Assembly: GCA_051887095.1 (NCBI GenBank)
Contig: JBJEYY010000115.1
Coordinates: 1-46,176, forward strand
Direction: 5' to 3'
Source of the DNA: Faecousia sp.
GTDB lineage: Bacteria; Bacillota; Clostridia; Oscillospirales; Oscillospiraceae
Length of the DNA stretch: 46,176 nt
The notes under the pieces: generated by a model
Databases searched by the model: none
What the model was told of the DNA's origin: nothing
Seen by the model: the letters and a program-made list of their open reading frames with translations, nothing else
Program-made: the position numbers and the translations under genes
In this document: piece after piece, positions 27,978-36,846 of the stretch
How the letters are laid out: each line of letters opens with the position of its first letter
Position numbering within the stretch: position 1 is the first letter of the stretch

Positions 27978-28580
27978 ATGGCAAAGGCAGAATATCGCAG
28001 CGCGATCCGCTCCCGGACGCTGATCAAAGGGGCGTTGGCGGACCTGCTGCAGGAAAAACCCCTGGAAAAAATCACCGTCACCGACGTGGTGAACCGGGCC
28101 GGCATCAACCGGGGCACCTTCTACGCCCACTATTCCGACGTGCCCGATGTGATCAACCGGGTGATCCAGCAGACCTTCGCCGGAATCCGGGAGGCCCTCT
28201 CTCCCCGGATCCTGCCCCTGGAGGACGTTCCTGGGGCAATTATGAACAGCATCCAGAGCATCCTGGAATCCGATCTGGATTTCTACAAAAAAATCATGAA
28301 TTCCACTGCGGCCCCCATGCTTCAGGAGCAGATGGTGAACCTAGTACTGGAATATCTGATGGAGCGGGAAACGGCATACCACGTTGCCAACCAGGACCCC
28401 TATTTTCTCACCATCCGGTTCTGCGCGGGGGGCTTAAGCAACCTCTACCGGGACTGGTTCACCGGAAAAATCCCCATCCCATTGTCCGAGCTTACCGCCC
28501 AGTCAGAGGTCTTTCTCCGCAAAACCATCGCCGACCTTCCGTCACCCTGGGAAAAAAACGACACCGCAGGAAGCTTCTGA
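27978..28580 (+). CDS. TetR/AcrR-family transcriptional regulator
   Basis: KPLEKITVTDVVNRAGINRGTFYAHY helix-turn-helix; AGGAGG RBS before the ATG at 27978. Confidence 0.93.
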   Translation: MAKAEYRSAIRSRTLIKGALADLLQEKPLEKITVTDVVNRAGINRGTFYAHYSDVPDVINRVIQQTFAGIREALSPRILPLEDVPGAIMNSIQSILESDLDFYKKIMNSTAAPMLQEQMVNLVLEYLMERETAYHVANQDPYFLTIRFCAGGLSNLYRDWFTGKIPIPLSELTAQSEVFLRKTIADLPSPWEKNDTAGSF

Positions 28581-28599
28581 AGCCTCCTGCGGTGTATTT
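28561..28599 (+). terminator. Terminator hairpin overlapping the tetR stop
   Basis: ACACCGCAGGA...TCCTGCGGTGT stem followed by ATTT. Confidence 0.55.
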
Positions 28600-28629
28600 C
28601 TGCATACCGACCTTGCCCAGCATACAGAG

Positions 28630-28870
28630 AAACTAATGTTTAAATGTGTGTTGCAAATTACCTGTCATTGCGAGCCAGTTCGCAAACTGGCGTGGCAATC
28701 CCCCGGTTGAATGGAATCAGGTAACGATTACCACCAAAAAACGCATAGTTTTCCCACTCTGCAGGGCAATTGTCGTTACATTTCTCCTCTAACCGGGGGA
28801 TTGCCACACCAGCGTGCGCGCTGGTTCGCAATGACAGAAAACCTGGAACGTGCATTGTAAACACCAATTT
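28630..28870. repeat. REP-doublet element copy 6 (core 28662-28837, spacer A reversed)
   Basis: Two inverted REP units; spacer is the reverse complement of that in copies 4 and 5; left outer end degenerate. Confidence 0.9.
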
Positions 28871-28903
28871 GCCGTGCTGCTGCGTTATAGCGTCAGCACA
28901 GCA

Positions 28904-30016
28904 TTATTCTTCACGTCCCAGGCAGCCGCGGACAATGGCGTCCATCTGATCCATTTTGCGCAGCATATCCTTGGCCAGGGCAATCTGGCAGCGGGTTCTG
29001 ACCAGATTGTGCTCCGGGTAGAGGATCTTGAAATAGGGATCCCCCTGGATATAGTCGTCCAGGAACCGGACGGCCAGCTCCGCCGTCAGGCAGAAGCAGC
29101 TCATGCCCAGCGTCCGGATTTCATTCTCCGTCAGCGTTCCGGCGGTCTGGGACAAAAAGCCCTGGGCGAAGGCCCGGAACACCTCCAGATCCACCCCGGC
29201 CCTGTCATACTCCGGGCAGTCCTCCTCCACAAAGTTGGCCGCGAACCGGATGGCATCGCCAAAGTCGTGGCCGATAAGGCCGGGCATCACCGTATCCAAG
29301 TCGATGACCACAAGGGCGGAATTGTCCCTGGAATCAAACAGGACATTGTTAATCTTGGTATCGTTATGGGTCACCCGAAGGGGAAGCTCCCCCCGGGAAA
29401 GCATATCGGACAGGGTGCAGGCCAAATCCTGAACCTCCATCAGATAGGTTATCTCCTCCTGAACCTGGTCCAGGCGTCCTGCGGCATTCGCCTCCACCGC
29501 TTTTGCCAGCTTTTCATAGCGCTGGCGGGTGTTGTGGAAGCCGGGAATGGTTTCATGAAGCTGCTGGATATCAAAATCCGCCAGCTGCATCTGGAATTCG
29601 CCGAAGGCCTTGCCCGCGTTGCGCAGAACCAGTGGGTCCTTCACGGCGTTATAGGTGACGGAATCAATGTAATTGGTCATCCGCCAGAAATTCCCGCCGT
29701 CAATGATGTAGGTCTTCCGGTCGTAAGTATGGTGGAAATGGAGCGCGGTTTTGCCGGGGCTCTTGGCCCGAATGTGCTCCGTGACCTTGTCGATATTCTC
29801 CATCAGCCCCACCGGATCCCGGAAGGCATAGGTATTGACGTTCTGCACCAGGAAGGATTTGCATCTTCCGTCCTTCAGCCGGAAATTCACCTTATAGGTC
29901 CGGTTCACATTTCCCATCTGAACCGTTTCATAGCCCACATATTCGTCCTCAATTTTGAAGCGTCTGCAAACTTCCTGTAATTTCTCGTTTAAGTCCACGA
30001 AAACCGATCCTTCCAT
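28904..30016 (-). CDS. APH-fold sugar kinase, N-acetylhexosamine 1-kinase (NahK)-like
   Basis: GNVNRTY, ETIPGFHNT, RVTHNDTKINNVLFD, VIDLDTVMPG, DFGDAIR. Confidence 0.8.
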   Translation of the reverse strand: MEGSVFVDLNEKLQEVCRRFKIEDEYVGYETVQMGNVNRTYKVNFRLKDGRCKSFLVQNVNTYAFRDPVGLMENIDKVTEHIRAKSPGKTALHFHHTYDRKTYIIDGGNFWRMTNYIDSVTYNAVKDPLVLRNAGKAFGEFQMQLADFDIQQLHETIPGFHNTRQRYEKLAKAVEANAAGRLDQVQEEITYLMEVQDLACTLSDMLSRGELPLRVTHNDTKINNVLFDSRDNSALVVIDLDTVMPGLIGHDFGDAIRFAANFVEEDCPEYDRAGVDLEVFRAFAQGFLSQTAGTLTENEIRTLGMSCFCLTAELAVRFLDDYIQGDPYFKILYPEHNLVRTRCQIALAKDMLRKMDQMDAIVRGCLGREE

Positions 30017-30050
30017 ACCAGTTTCTCCGCCGCGGCGGACACAATTGCAG

Positions 30051-30079
30051 ATTATACCCTATCCCGGGCAATCTGTCAA
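30051..30079 (-). promoter_or_regulatory. Consensus sigma-A promoter for the kinase gene
   Basis: TTGACA-17 bp-TATAAT, a perfect match. Confidence 0.85.
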
Positions 30080-30104
30080 GAAAACCTGAAAACAGACCTT
30101 CTGG

Positions 30105-30794
30105 TTATTTCAGAGTTCCGGGGAAAAGCGCCTCAATGGCCGCCCGGGCCGCGTCCTGCTCCGCCCGTTTCTTGCTGGTGCCGAAGCCGGTACCCACCAC
30201 CTTGCCGTTGAGGCTGACCTCCACATCAAACCGCTTGTCATGATCCGGGCCGGTTTCCGCCGTCAGCTCATAGCTGAGAATCTGATTTTTCTTCTGCTGC
30301 ACCAGCTCCTGCAGCAGCGTTTTGTAGTCCACGTTGCGGAGCTTCTTCACAGGCACCTTCACCAGAATGAATCTGCGCACAATTCCCAGGGCCGCGGAAA
30401 GTCCCCCATCCAGAAAGCTGGCGGCAATGATGGACTCCATGGCGTCAGCCAGGATGGACTCCCGGGTTCTTCCGCCCAGGCGGTCCTCCCCATGGCCCAG
30501 CAGCAGGTGGTCGCCCAGACCGATTGTGTTTGCCACGTCCGCCAGGGTTTTCTCGCAGACCATATCCGCCCGCATCCGGGTCAGCTCCCCCTCGGGGCGG
30601 TCCGGAAAGCTGCGATACAGGTACTCCGCCACCAGCATGCCCAGCACGCTGTCCCCCAGAAATTCCAGCCGCTCGTTGCTGAGCAGACTGTTGTGCCAGC
30701 GTTCATTGGCGTAGGAGGAGTGGGTCAGGGCATTCTGAAGCAGGGTGATGTTGGAGAAACGGTAGCCCAGTGCCGTTTCCAGATCCTTAATCAT
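30105..30794 (-). CDS. rnc: Ribonuclease III
   Basis: NERLEFLGDSVL signature; dsRBD DYKTLLQE...SKKRAEQDAA. Confidence 0.97.
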   Translation of the reverse strand: MIKDLETALGYRFSNITLLQNALTHSSYANERWHNSLLSNERLEFLGDSVLGMLVAEYLYRSFPDRPEGELTRMRADMVCEKTLADVANTIGLGDHLLLGHGEDRLGGRTRESILADAMESIIAASFLDGGLSAALGIVRRFILVKVPVKKLRNVDYKTLLQELVQQKKNQILSYELTAETGPDHDKRFDVEVSLNGKVVGTGFGTSKKRAEQDAARAAIEALFPGTLK

Positions 30795-31824
30795 GTACGT
30801 TCTCCTTATCCGGCGTCATCGCCTGCAGAGCCTTTTCCAGCTCCGAGGTGAAATCCGCCCGGGCGGCATCCGCGGCCTGCTTCAGGGCATTCTGGAACGC
30901 CAGCGCATCGGAAGCTCCATGGGCCTTAATCACCGGCTTGCGGATTCCCAAAAACTGGGTGCCGCCGATGGTGCGGTAATCCAAGAGATCCTTGATCTTG
31001 TTGACCTCGCTCCTGCACAGAAGCCCGCCCACCTTGGTAAGCAGGTTCTTGTAGAACATTTTCTTCATCAGGCTGCCCATAAACATGGCGGTGCCCTCGA
31101 TGGTCTTGAGCAGTACGTTTCCGGAGAACCCGTCGCAGACCACCACATCCACCGCGCCCATGGGCACGTCCCGGGCCTCCACATTGCCCACGAAGTTGAT
31201 AAGGCCCTGGTCGGAGGCGGATTTGAGAAGGGCGTAGGCATCCTTCTGCAGGGCGGTGCCCTTGCTGTCCTCGGTGCCGATGTTCAGCAGGCCCACCTTG
31301 GGATTGACTACTCCCAGCTGCCTTTCCGCATAGGCGGAGCCCACCAGGCCGAACTGCAGCAGAAATTCCGGGGTGCACTCGGCGTTGGCGCCGCAGTCCA
31401 CGATCACGGTCTTGCCCCCCGCCTTGTTGGGCACGGCGGGGCCCATGGCCGCCCGGCGGATTCCCTTGACCCGCTTCACCAGCAGGGTGGCTCCCGTGAG
31501 CAGCGCCCCTGTGGAGCCCGCGGAAACAAAGGCGTCCCCCTGGCCCTGGGAGAGCATTTTCAGTCCCACCACCATGGAGGAATTCTTCCGCTTATGAATC
31601 ACGGAGCCGGGATCGTCGTGCATATCCACCACGTCGTCCGCGTTGGCGATTTCCACACCTTCGGGAAGATCCTGGATGCCGTGCTTACCCAGCACCTCCA
31701 GGATTGCCTCTCCCCGGCCCACCAGGGTGATTTCCAGGCCGTAGGCCTTGGCCGCCTCCAGCGCGCCCAGGACGGGAGCCTCAGGGGCCAGATCCCCGCC
31801 CATCGCGTCAAGAATAATTCTCAT
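30787..31824 (-). CDS. plsX: Phosphate acyltransferase PlsX
   Basis: LDAMGGD, SAGSTGA, LLNIGTE, CDGFSGN, IKAHGAS; start reset to MRIILD. Confidence 0.96.
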   Translation of the reverse strand: MRIILDAMGGDLAPEAPVLGALEAAKAYGLEITLVGRGEAILEVLGKHGIQDLPEGVEIANADDVVDMHDDPGSVIHKRKNSSMVVGLKMLSQGQGDAFVSAGSTGALLTGATLLVKRVKGIRRAAMGPAVPNKAGGKTVIVDCGANAECTPEFLLQFGLVGSAYAERQLGVVNPKVGLLNIGTEDSKGTALQKDAYALLKSASDQGLINFVGNVEARDVPMGAVDVVVCDGFSGNVLLKTIEGTAMFMGSLMKKMFYKNLLTKVGGLLCRSEVNKIKDLLDYRTIGGTQFLGIRKPVIKAHGASDALAFQNALKQAADAARADFTSELEKALQAMTPDKENVHD

Positions 31825-31840
31825 TGCGCCACCTCTTTCT

Positions 31841-33142
31841 TTAGATCCCCGCGGAAACCAGCGCGTCGATGATCTCCAGGGAACGGTTGGCAATTGCCAG
31901 ATTTTTTTCTGCTTTCTTACGTATCCGCTTCTCCAGCGGAGAAATAATGCTGAAATTCACATTCATGGGCTGGAAGTTCTCCACCGTCCGGTCGCTGACA
32001 TACAGTCCCAGCGCGCCGATGGCGGTTTCCCGTGGGAAATCGGGGGCCTCCCGCCCGGAAAGCCTTGCCGCCATGGCCACGGCAGCCAGGTATCCAGAGG
32101 CAGTGGATTCCACGTACCCTTCCACCCCGGTCATCTGCCCGGCGAAGGCCACCATGGGGTCCCGGCGGTCGGCGTAATACCGGTCCAGCAGCTTGGGACT
32201 CTGAAGGAAGGTGTTGCGGTGCATCACCCCGTAGCGGACAAACTCCGCCTCCCGCAGGGCGGGAATCATGGAGAAAACCCGTTTCTGCTCCCCGAATTTC
32301 AGATGGGTCTGGAAGCCCACCATGTTAAATACCGTCTTTTCCGCGTTGTCCTGCCGCAGCTGCACCACGGCATAGGGCTCCGCGCCGGTTCTGGGGTCCC
32401 GAAGCCCCACGGGCTTCAGAGGGCCGTAGCGCAGGGTTTCAAAGCCTCTGCGGGCCATAACCTCCACGGGCATACAGCCTTCAAACACATTGGCGTCCTC
32501 AAAGCCGTGGACCTCCGCCTCCTGGGCGGCGGTCAGCTCCCGGACGAAGGCTTCGTACTCCTCCCGGTTCAGGGCACAGTTGATGTAATCCGGGGTTCCC
32601 CGGTCATACCGCGACTGCCACCAGGCCAGATTCATATCAATGGACTCCGCCGTCACCAGAGGCGCGGCAGCGTCGAAGAAGTGGAGATAGTCCTGCCCGA
32701 AGTATTCCCCGATGGCCCGGGACATGGGCTCCGAGGTCAGGGGGCCCGTGGCCACAATCACCGGTCCCTGGGGGACGGCAGTCACCTCTTCGGACACCAC
32801 GGTGATGCCCGGATGGCTGCGGATTTTCTCCGTCACCATTTTGGAGAAGCCTCCCCGGTCCACCGCCAGACACCCGCCCGCTTCCACACGGGTAGCGTCG
32901 GCGCAGGCAAGGATCAGGCTCCCGCAGCGGCGCAGCTCCTCCTTCAGAAGTCCCACCGCATTCTCCAGCCGGTCGCCCCGGAGGGAGTTGGAGCAGACAA
33001 GCTCCGCGAAATCCTCCGAATGATGGGCCGGGGTCATCTTTTTGGGCTTCATTTCATACAGCGTCACCTGGAAGCCCCTCTGGGCCAGCTGCCACGCGGC
33101 CTCGGAGCCTGCCAGCCCCGCGCCGATTACCTTTACCTCCAT
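31841..33142 (-). CDS. trmFO: Folate/FAD-dependent tRNA m5U54 methyltransferase
   Basis: IGAGLAGSEAAWQ, AELVCSNS, FAGQMTGVEGYVES, FQPMNVNF. Confidence 0.96.
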   Translation of the reverse strand: MEVKVIGAGLAGSEAAWQLAQRGFQVTLYEMKPKKMTPAHHSEDFAELVCSNSLRGDRLENAVGLLKEELRRCGSLILACADATRVEAGGCLAVDRGGFSKMVTEKIRSHPGITVVSEEVTAVPQGPVIVATGPLTSEPMSRAIGEYFGQDYLHFFDAAAPLVTAESIDMNLAWWQSRYDRGTPDYINCALNREEYEAFVRELTAAQEAEVHGFEDANVFEGCMPVEVMARRGFETLRYGPLKPVGLRDPRTGAEPYAVVQLRQDNAEKTVFNMVGFQTHLKFGEQKRVFSMIPALREAEFVRYGVMHRNTFLQSPKLLDRYYADRRDPMVAFAGQMTGVEGYVESTASGYLAAVAMAARLSGREAPDFPRETAIGALGLYVSDRTVENFQPMNVNFSIISPLEKRIRKKAEKNLAIANRSLEIIDALVSAGI

Positions 33143-33145
33143 GGC

Positions 33146-35434
33146 TCAGCCCTCCCCGGACTTTTTCGTGGTTTTCTTCGCCGTGGATTTTTTTGCAGCC
33201 GGTTTCTTTGCCGCGGGTTTTTTCGCGGCAGTCTTTTTTCCGGTGGTTTTCTTCCCGGCTTCGGCCTTTGCGGCAGCCTCGGCAGGCTCCCCGGCGGGTT
33301 CTCCCTCCGCACCCTCCTGGCCGGTCTTTTTCTTATAGTAGCCCCTTTTGTCCTCCGGGAGGAACCGGGAGCAGTGCTCGTTGACACAGAAGGGCTTCAT
33401 TCTGCCCTTGCCGGACCGTTTAAACAGGGTCTGGCCGCACTCGGGGCAGTCCTCGGCCGTGGGCACGTCCCAGGTCATGAAGCCGCACTCGGCGCCCTTT
33501 TCACAGGCATAGTAGGCATAGCCCCGCTTGGATTTGCGCTTGAGCATCCCGCTGCCGCATTTGGGGCACCGACCGGGCATCCGCTCCACCAGGGGCTTGG
33601 TGTTCTTGCACTCCGGGAAACCGGGACAGGCCAGGAATTTTCCGAACCGGCCCATTTTGATGACCATTTTCCGGCCGCACAGCTCACAGATTTCGTCGGT
33701 TTCCTCCTCGGGAACCTTCAGCCGGACGCCCTCCAGGGCCTCCTCGGCATCCTTCAGCTCCTGGCTGAAGCCCTTGTAGAAATCGGCAAGCAAATCCTTC
33801 CAGTGCTGCTTTCCCTCCTCCACCGCGTCCAGGCGGGACTCCATATTGGCGGTAAATTCCACATCGATGATGTCGTTGAATCGCTCCACCATCAGTCCGG
33901 TCACAATCTCTCCCAAAGGTGTGGGACAGAGCCGCTTGTCCTGCTTGACCACATATTCCCGGTCTTCGATGGTGGAAACCGTGGCGGCATAGGTGGAGGG
34001 GCGGCCGACCCCCTTTTCCTCCATGGCCTTGACCAGGGTAGCCTCGGTGTACCGGGCAGGGGGCTGGGTGAAATGCTGCTCACTGTCCACCTTCTGCGCC
34101 AGGGCTTTCTCCCCCACCTGCAGATCCGGCAGCGGAGAGCCCACCGCCTCCGCCTCATCGTCCCGGCCCTCTTCATAGACTGCGATAAATCCGGCAAAGC
34201 GCATGCTCTGGTGGCTGGAACGGAACAGGTGCCCGGCGCACTCCGTATCGATGGACACGGTGTCAAACACGGCGTTTGCCATCTGGGAGGCCAGGAACCG
34301 GCTCCAGATCAGCTTGTAAAGCTTATACTGATCCGGCGTCAGGCTGTGACGGATGGACTCGGGATCCAGCTCCACATGGGTGGGCCGGATGGCCTCGTGG
34401 GCATCCTGGGCGCCGGCCTTGGTCTTGAACACATGGAATTTTCCGTAATAGTAGCCCTCGCCGTAGCGGGCACGGATCAGGTCCGCCGCGGCAGCCATGG
34501 CCTCGTCGGATAAGCGCAGGGAGTCGGTACGCATGTAGGTAATCAGACCCAGAGTGCCTTCACCCTCCACGTCCACACCCTCATAGAGCTGCTGGGCCAC
34601 CATCATGGTTTTCTTGGGGGTCATATTCAGCTTCCGGGAGGCCTCCTGCTGCAGCGTGGAGGTGGTGAAGGGAGGCGCGGAGGAGCGCTTCTTCTCCGCC
34701 TTCTTCACATTGGTCACGGTAAATTCCCTGCCGGCAATGTCGTCAATCACCGTCTGGGTTTCCGCCTGGTTGTTAAGCTCCCGCTTTTTGTCCTCTCCAT
34801 AGTAGTGGGCAACAAAGCTGCCGGGCTTTCCCACCCGGTTTAAGGTCACATCCAGCGACCAGTATTCCCTGGGCTGGAAGGCGCGGATCTCGTTCTCCCG
34901 ATCCACCACCAGTCGGGTAGCTACGCTCTGCACCCGTCCGGCGGACAGGCCTCTGCGCACCTTCTTCCACAGCAGCGGCGAGAGCTCATAGCCCACGATC
35001 CGGTCCAGAATCCGCCGGGCCTGCTGAGCATCCACCAGATTATAGTCGATGTCCCGGGGATGGGCGATGGAATCCTGAACCACCTTCTTGGTGATCTCAT
35101 TGAAGGTCACCCGGTGGGTTTTCTCATCGGGCAGGTTCAAAAGCTCCTTCAAATGCCAGGAAATGGCCTCTCCCTCCCGGTCAGGGTCGGTGGCGAGATA
35201 CACGGTATCGGCCTGGGAGGCCGCCTTCTTCAGCTCCCGGATCAGCTCTTCCTTCCCCCGGACCGGCTGATACTGGGGAGTGAAGTCGTGCTCTAAATCC
35301 ACACCCATCTTGCTCTTGGGCAGATCCCGCAGGTGGCCCATGCTGGCCTTCACCGTATATTCATTTCCCAGATAGTTTCCAATGGTCTTGGCCTTGGAGG
35401 GTGACTCCACGATGACCAAATTGTGTTTTCCCAT
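33146..35434 (-). CDS. topA: DNA topoisomerase I with three Zn ribbons and a Lys-rich tail
   Basis: VIVESPSKAKT, ATDPDREGEAI, SAGRVQS, ITYMRTDS, GRPSTY. Confidence 0.97.
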   Translation of the reverse strand: MGKHNLVIVESPSKAKTIGNYLGNEYTVKASMGHLRDLPKSKMGVDLEHDFTPQYQPVRGKEELIRELKKAASQADTVYLATDPDREGEAISWHLKELLNLPDEKTHRVTFNEITKKVVQDSIAHPRDIDYNLVDAQQARRILDRIVGYELSPLLWKKVRRGLSAGRVQSVATRLVVDRENEIRAFQPREYWSLDVTLNRVGKPGSFVAHYYGEDKKRELNNQAETQTVIDDIAGREFTVTNVKKAEKKRSSAPPFTTSTLQQEASRKLNMTPKKTMMVAQQLYEGVDVEGEGTLGLITYMRTDSLRLSDEAMAAAADLIRARYGEGYYYGKFHVFKTKAGAQDAHEAIRPTHVELDPESIRHSLTPDQYKLYKLIWSRFLASQMANAVFDTVSIDTECAGHLFRSSHQSMRFAGFIAVYEEGRDDEAEAVGSPLPDLQVGEKALAQKVDSEQHFTQPPARYTEATLVKAMEEKGVGRPSTYAATVSTIEDREYVVKQDKRLCPTPLGEIVTGLMVERFNDIIDVEFTANMESRLDAVEEGKQHWKDLLADFYKGFSQELKDAEEALEGVRLKVPEEETDEICELCGRKMVIKMGRFGKFLACPGFPECKNTKPLVERMPGRCPKCGSGMLKRKSKRGYAYYACEKGAECGFMTWDVPTAEDCPECGQTLFKRSGKGRMKPFCVNEHCSRFLPEDKRGYYKKKTGQEGAEGEPAGEPAEAAAKAEAGKKTTGKKTAAKKPAAKKPAAKKSTAKKTTKKSGEG

Positions 35435-35452
35435 GCTTTTTCTCCGTTTCGG

Positions 35453-36694
35453 TTAATTCAGAATAATGCGTTTGCCGGGCAGGCGCCTCAGGATTCCCTT
35501 CAGCTCCAGCATGGTCATTGCGGCCAGCATTCTACCGGTGGTCAGACCGGTTTCGGCAATCACATCATCCACAAGCCTTGGCCCGTCCTTCAAAGCGTCT
35601 GCAATAAGCTTTTCATCTGCGCTGAGCTTCGGCTTTTCTCTGTTTACGTCACTATAAAGCCCGGATGGCTCCTTGTCAATGTCTTTTTTGTCGCATTTCC
35701 CGGAGGCAGACGGAACCGGCGCGGGAAAAATGGTTTCCTGCGCCACCTTCACCGGGGCACTTGGCTCCTGAGAAAACGATGTTCCGGCGGGCATTTCCGC
35801 CAAATCCTTCCGGATGCGTTCCGGGAACCGGTGGGCGTATTCACTGACCACATCCCACCCGCAGCCTACGGGCGTGGCTCCCTCCCGCATCAGCTGGTAG
35901 CTGCCCGTGAAGCCGGAAACATCCACATTTCCCGGCACCACGAACACATCCCTGCCCTGCTCCGCCGCCAGCCGGGCGGTAATCAGAGAGCCGCTTCTGT
36001 CCGGGGCCTCCACCACCAGCACCCCACAGCTGAGGCCGCTGATAATCCGGTTCCGCTTTGGGAAGTTCCACTTGTGCGGAGGAGTCCCCGGCATAAACTC
36101 GCTGAGGATACAGCCGAACCGCTCCACATCCCCAAAAAGCGCCCGGTTGCTCTTGGGATATACCTGTTCCACGCCGCAGCCCAGCACACCGATAACCTGA
36201 CCGCCCCCGGTCAGCGCACCCCGCATGGCCATAGCGTCAATACCCATGGCCATGCCGGATACCACCGCTGCGCCGCAGCGGGCGATCTGGAAGCCCATTT
36301 TCTGGGCCATGTTCAGGCCATAGGCCGACGGGTGGCGGGTGCCCACAATTCCTATCGCAGGCAGTTCATCCATCGGAAACAGTGTACCCTTATAGTAGAG
36401 TACCATGGGCGGGTCCGGAATATTCCTGAGCCTCCGGGGATAGGCCTCCTGTCCGAAGGTGAGAATCCCGATTTCCTCCCGAGCACACCGCTCCAGAATC
36501 TTCTCCGCCTGCGTCAGATCCCGGTTGCTCAGGGCCTTGCGAACCAGCCCTTCCAGCTCCTCGGGGATATCCTCCCGCCCCCCGGCGAAGAAAATCTCCT
36601 CAGGATCCCGAAAATGCTCCAAAAGCTTTGCCCGTTCCCCATCATTCAATTCCGGGTGATGCGCAAACCATATCCAGTAAAGCCGCATTTTCAT
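35453..36694 (-). CDS. dprA: DNA-processing protein DprA
   Basis: IVGTR, VSGMAMGID, FPKRNRIISGLS, SGSLITA, C-terminal winged helix; start reset to MKMRLY. Confidence 0.95.
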   Translation of the reverse strand: MKMRLYWIWFAHHPELNDGERAKLLEHFRDPEEIFFAGGREDIPEELEGLVRKALSNRDLTQAEKILERCAREEIGILTFGQEAYPRRLRNIPDPPMVLYYKGTLFPMDELPAIGIVGTRHPSAYGLNMAQKMGFQIARCGAAVVSGMAMGIDAMAMRGALTGGGQVIGVLGCGVEQVYPKSNRALFGDVERFGCILSEFMPGTPPHKWNFPKRNRIISGLSCGVLVVEAPDRSGSLITARLAAEQGRDVFVVPGNVDVSGFTGSYQLMREGATPVGCGWDVVSEYAHRFPERIRKDLAEMPAGTSFSQEPSAPVKVAQETIFPAPVPSASGKCDKKDIDKEPSGLYSDVNREKPKLSADEKLIADALKDGPRLVDDVIAETGLTTGRMLAAMTMLELKGILRRLPGKRIILN

Positions 36695-36746
36695 CAGCCT
36701 CTCTCTATTCTCTGTTTTTCTCAGCGGGAAACACGCCTCAAGTTTT

Positions 36747-36813
36747 CTGTCATTGCGAACCAGTGCGCACACTGGTGTGGCAATGACAGCGTTTATTCGC
36801 CAAACAACAATTT
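36747..36813. repeat. Collapsed single-REP element copy 7 (core 36747-36789)
   Basis: CTGTCATTGCGAACCAGTGCGCACACTGGTGTGGCAATGACAG plus right outer end AAACAACAATTT. Confidence 0.88.
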
Positions 36814-36846
36814 ACCGCTCCGCACTTTCGGCCTTCCTTCTGCTGT

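Noticed and set aside
31748-34513. 921-aa plus-strand ORF (likewise 4737-7124, 22932-24794, 35423-37165, 20780-22255)
   Set aside because: Antisense shadows of well-supported minus-strand genes.
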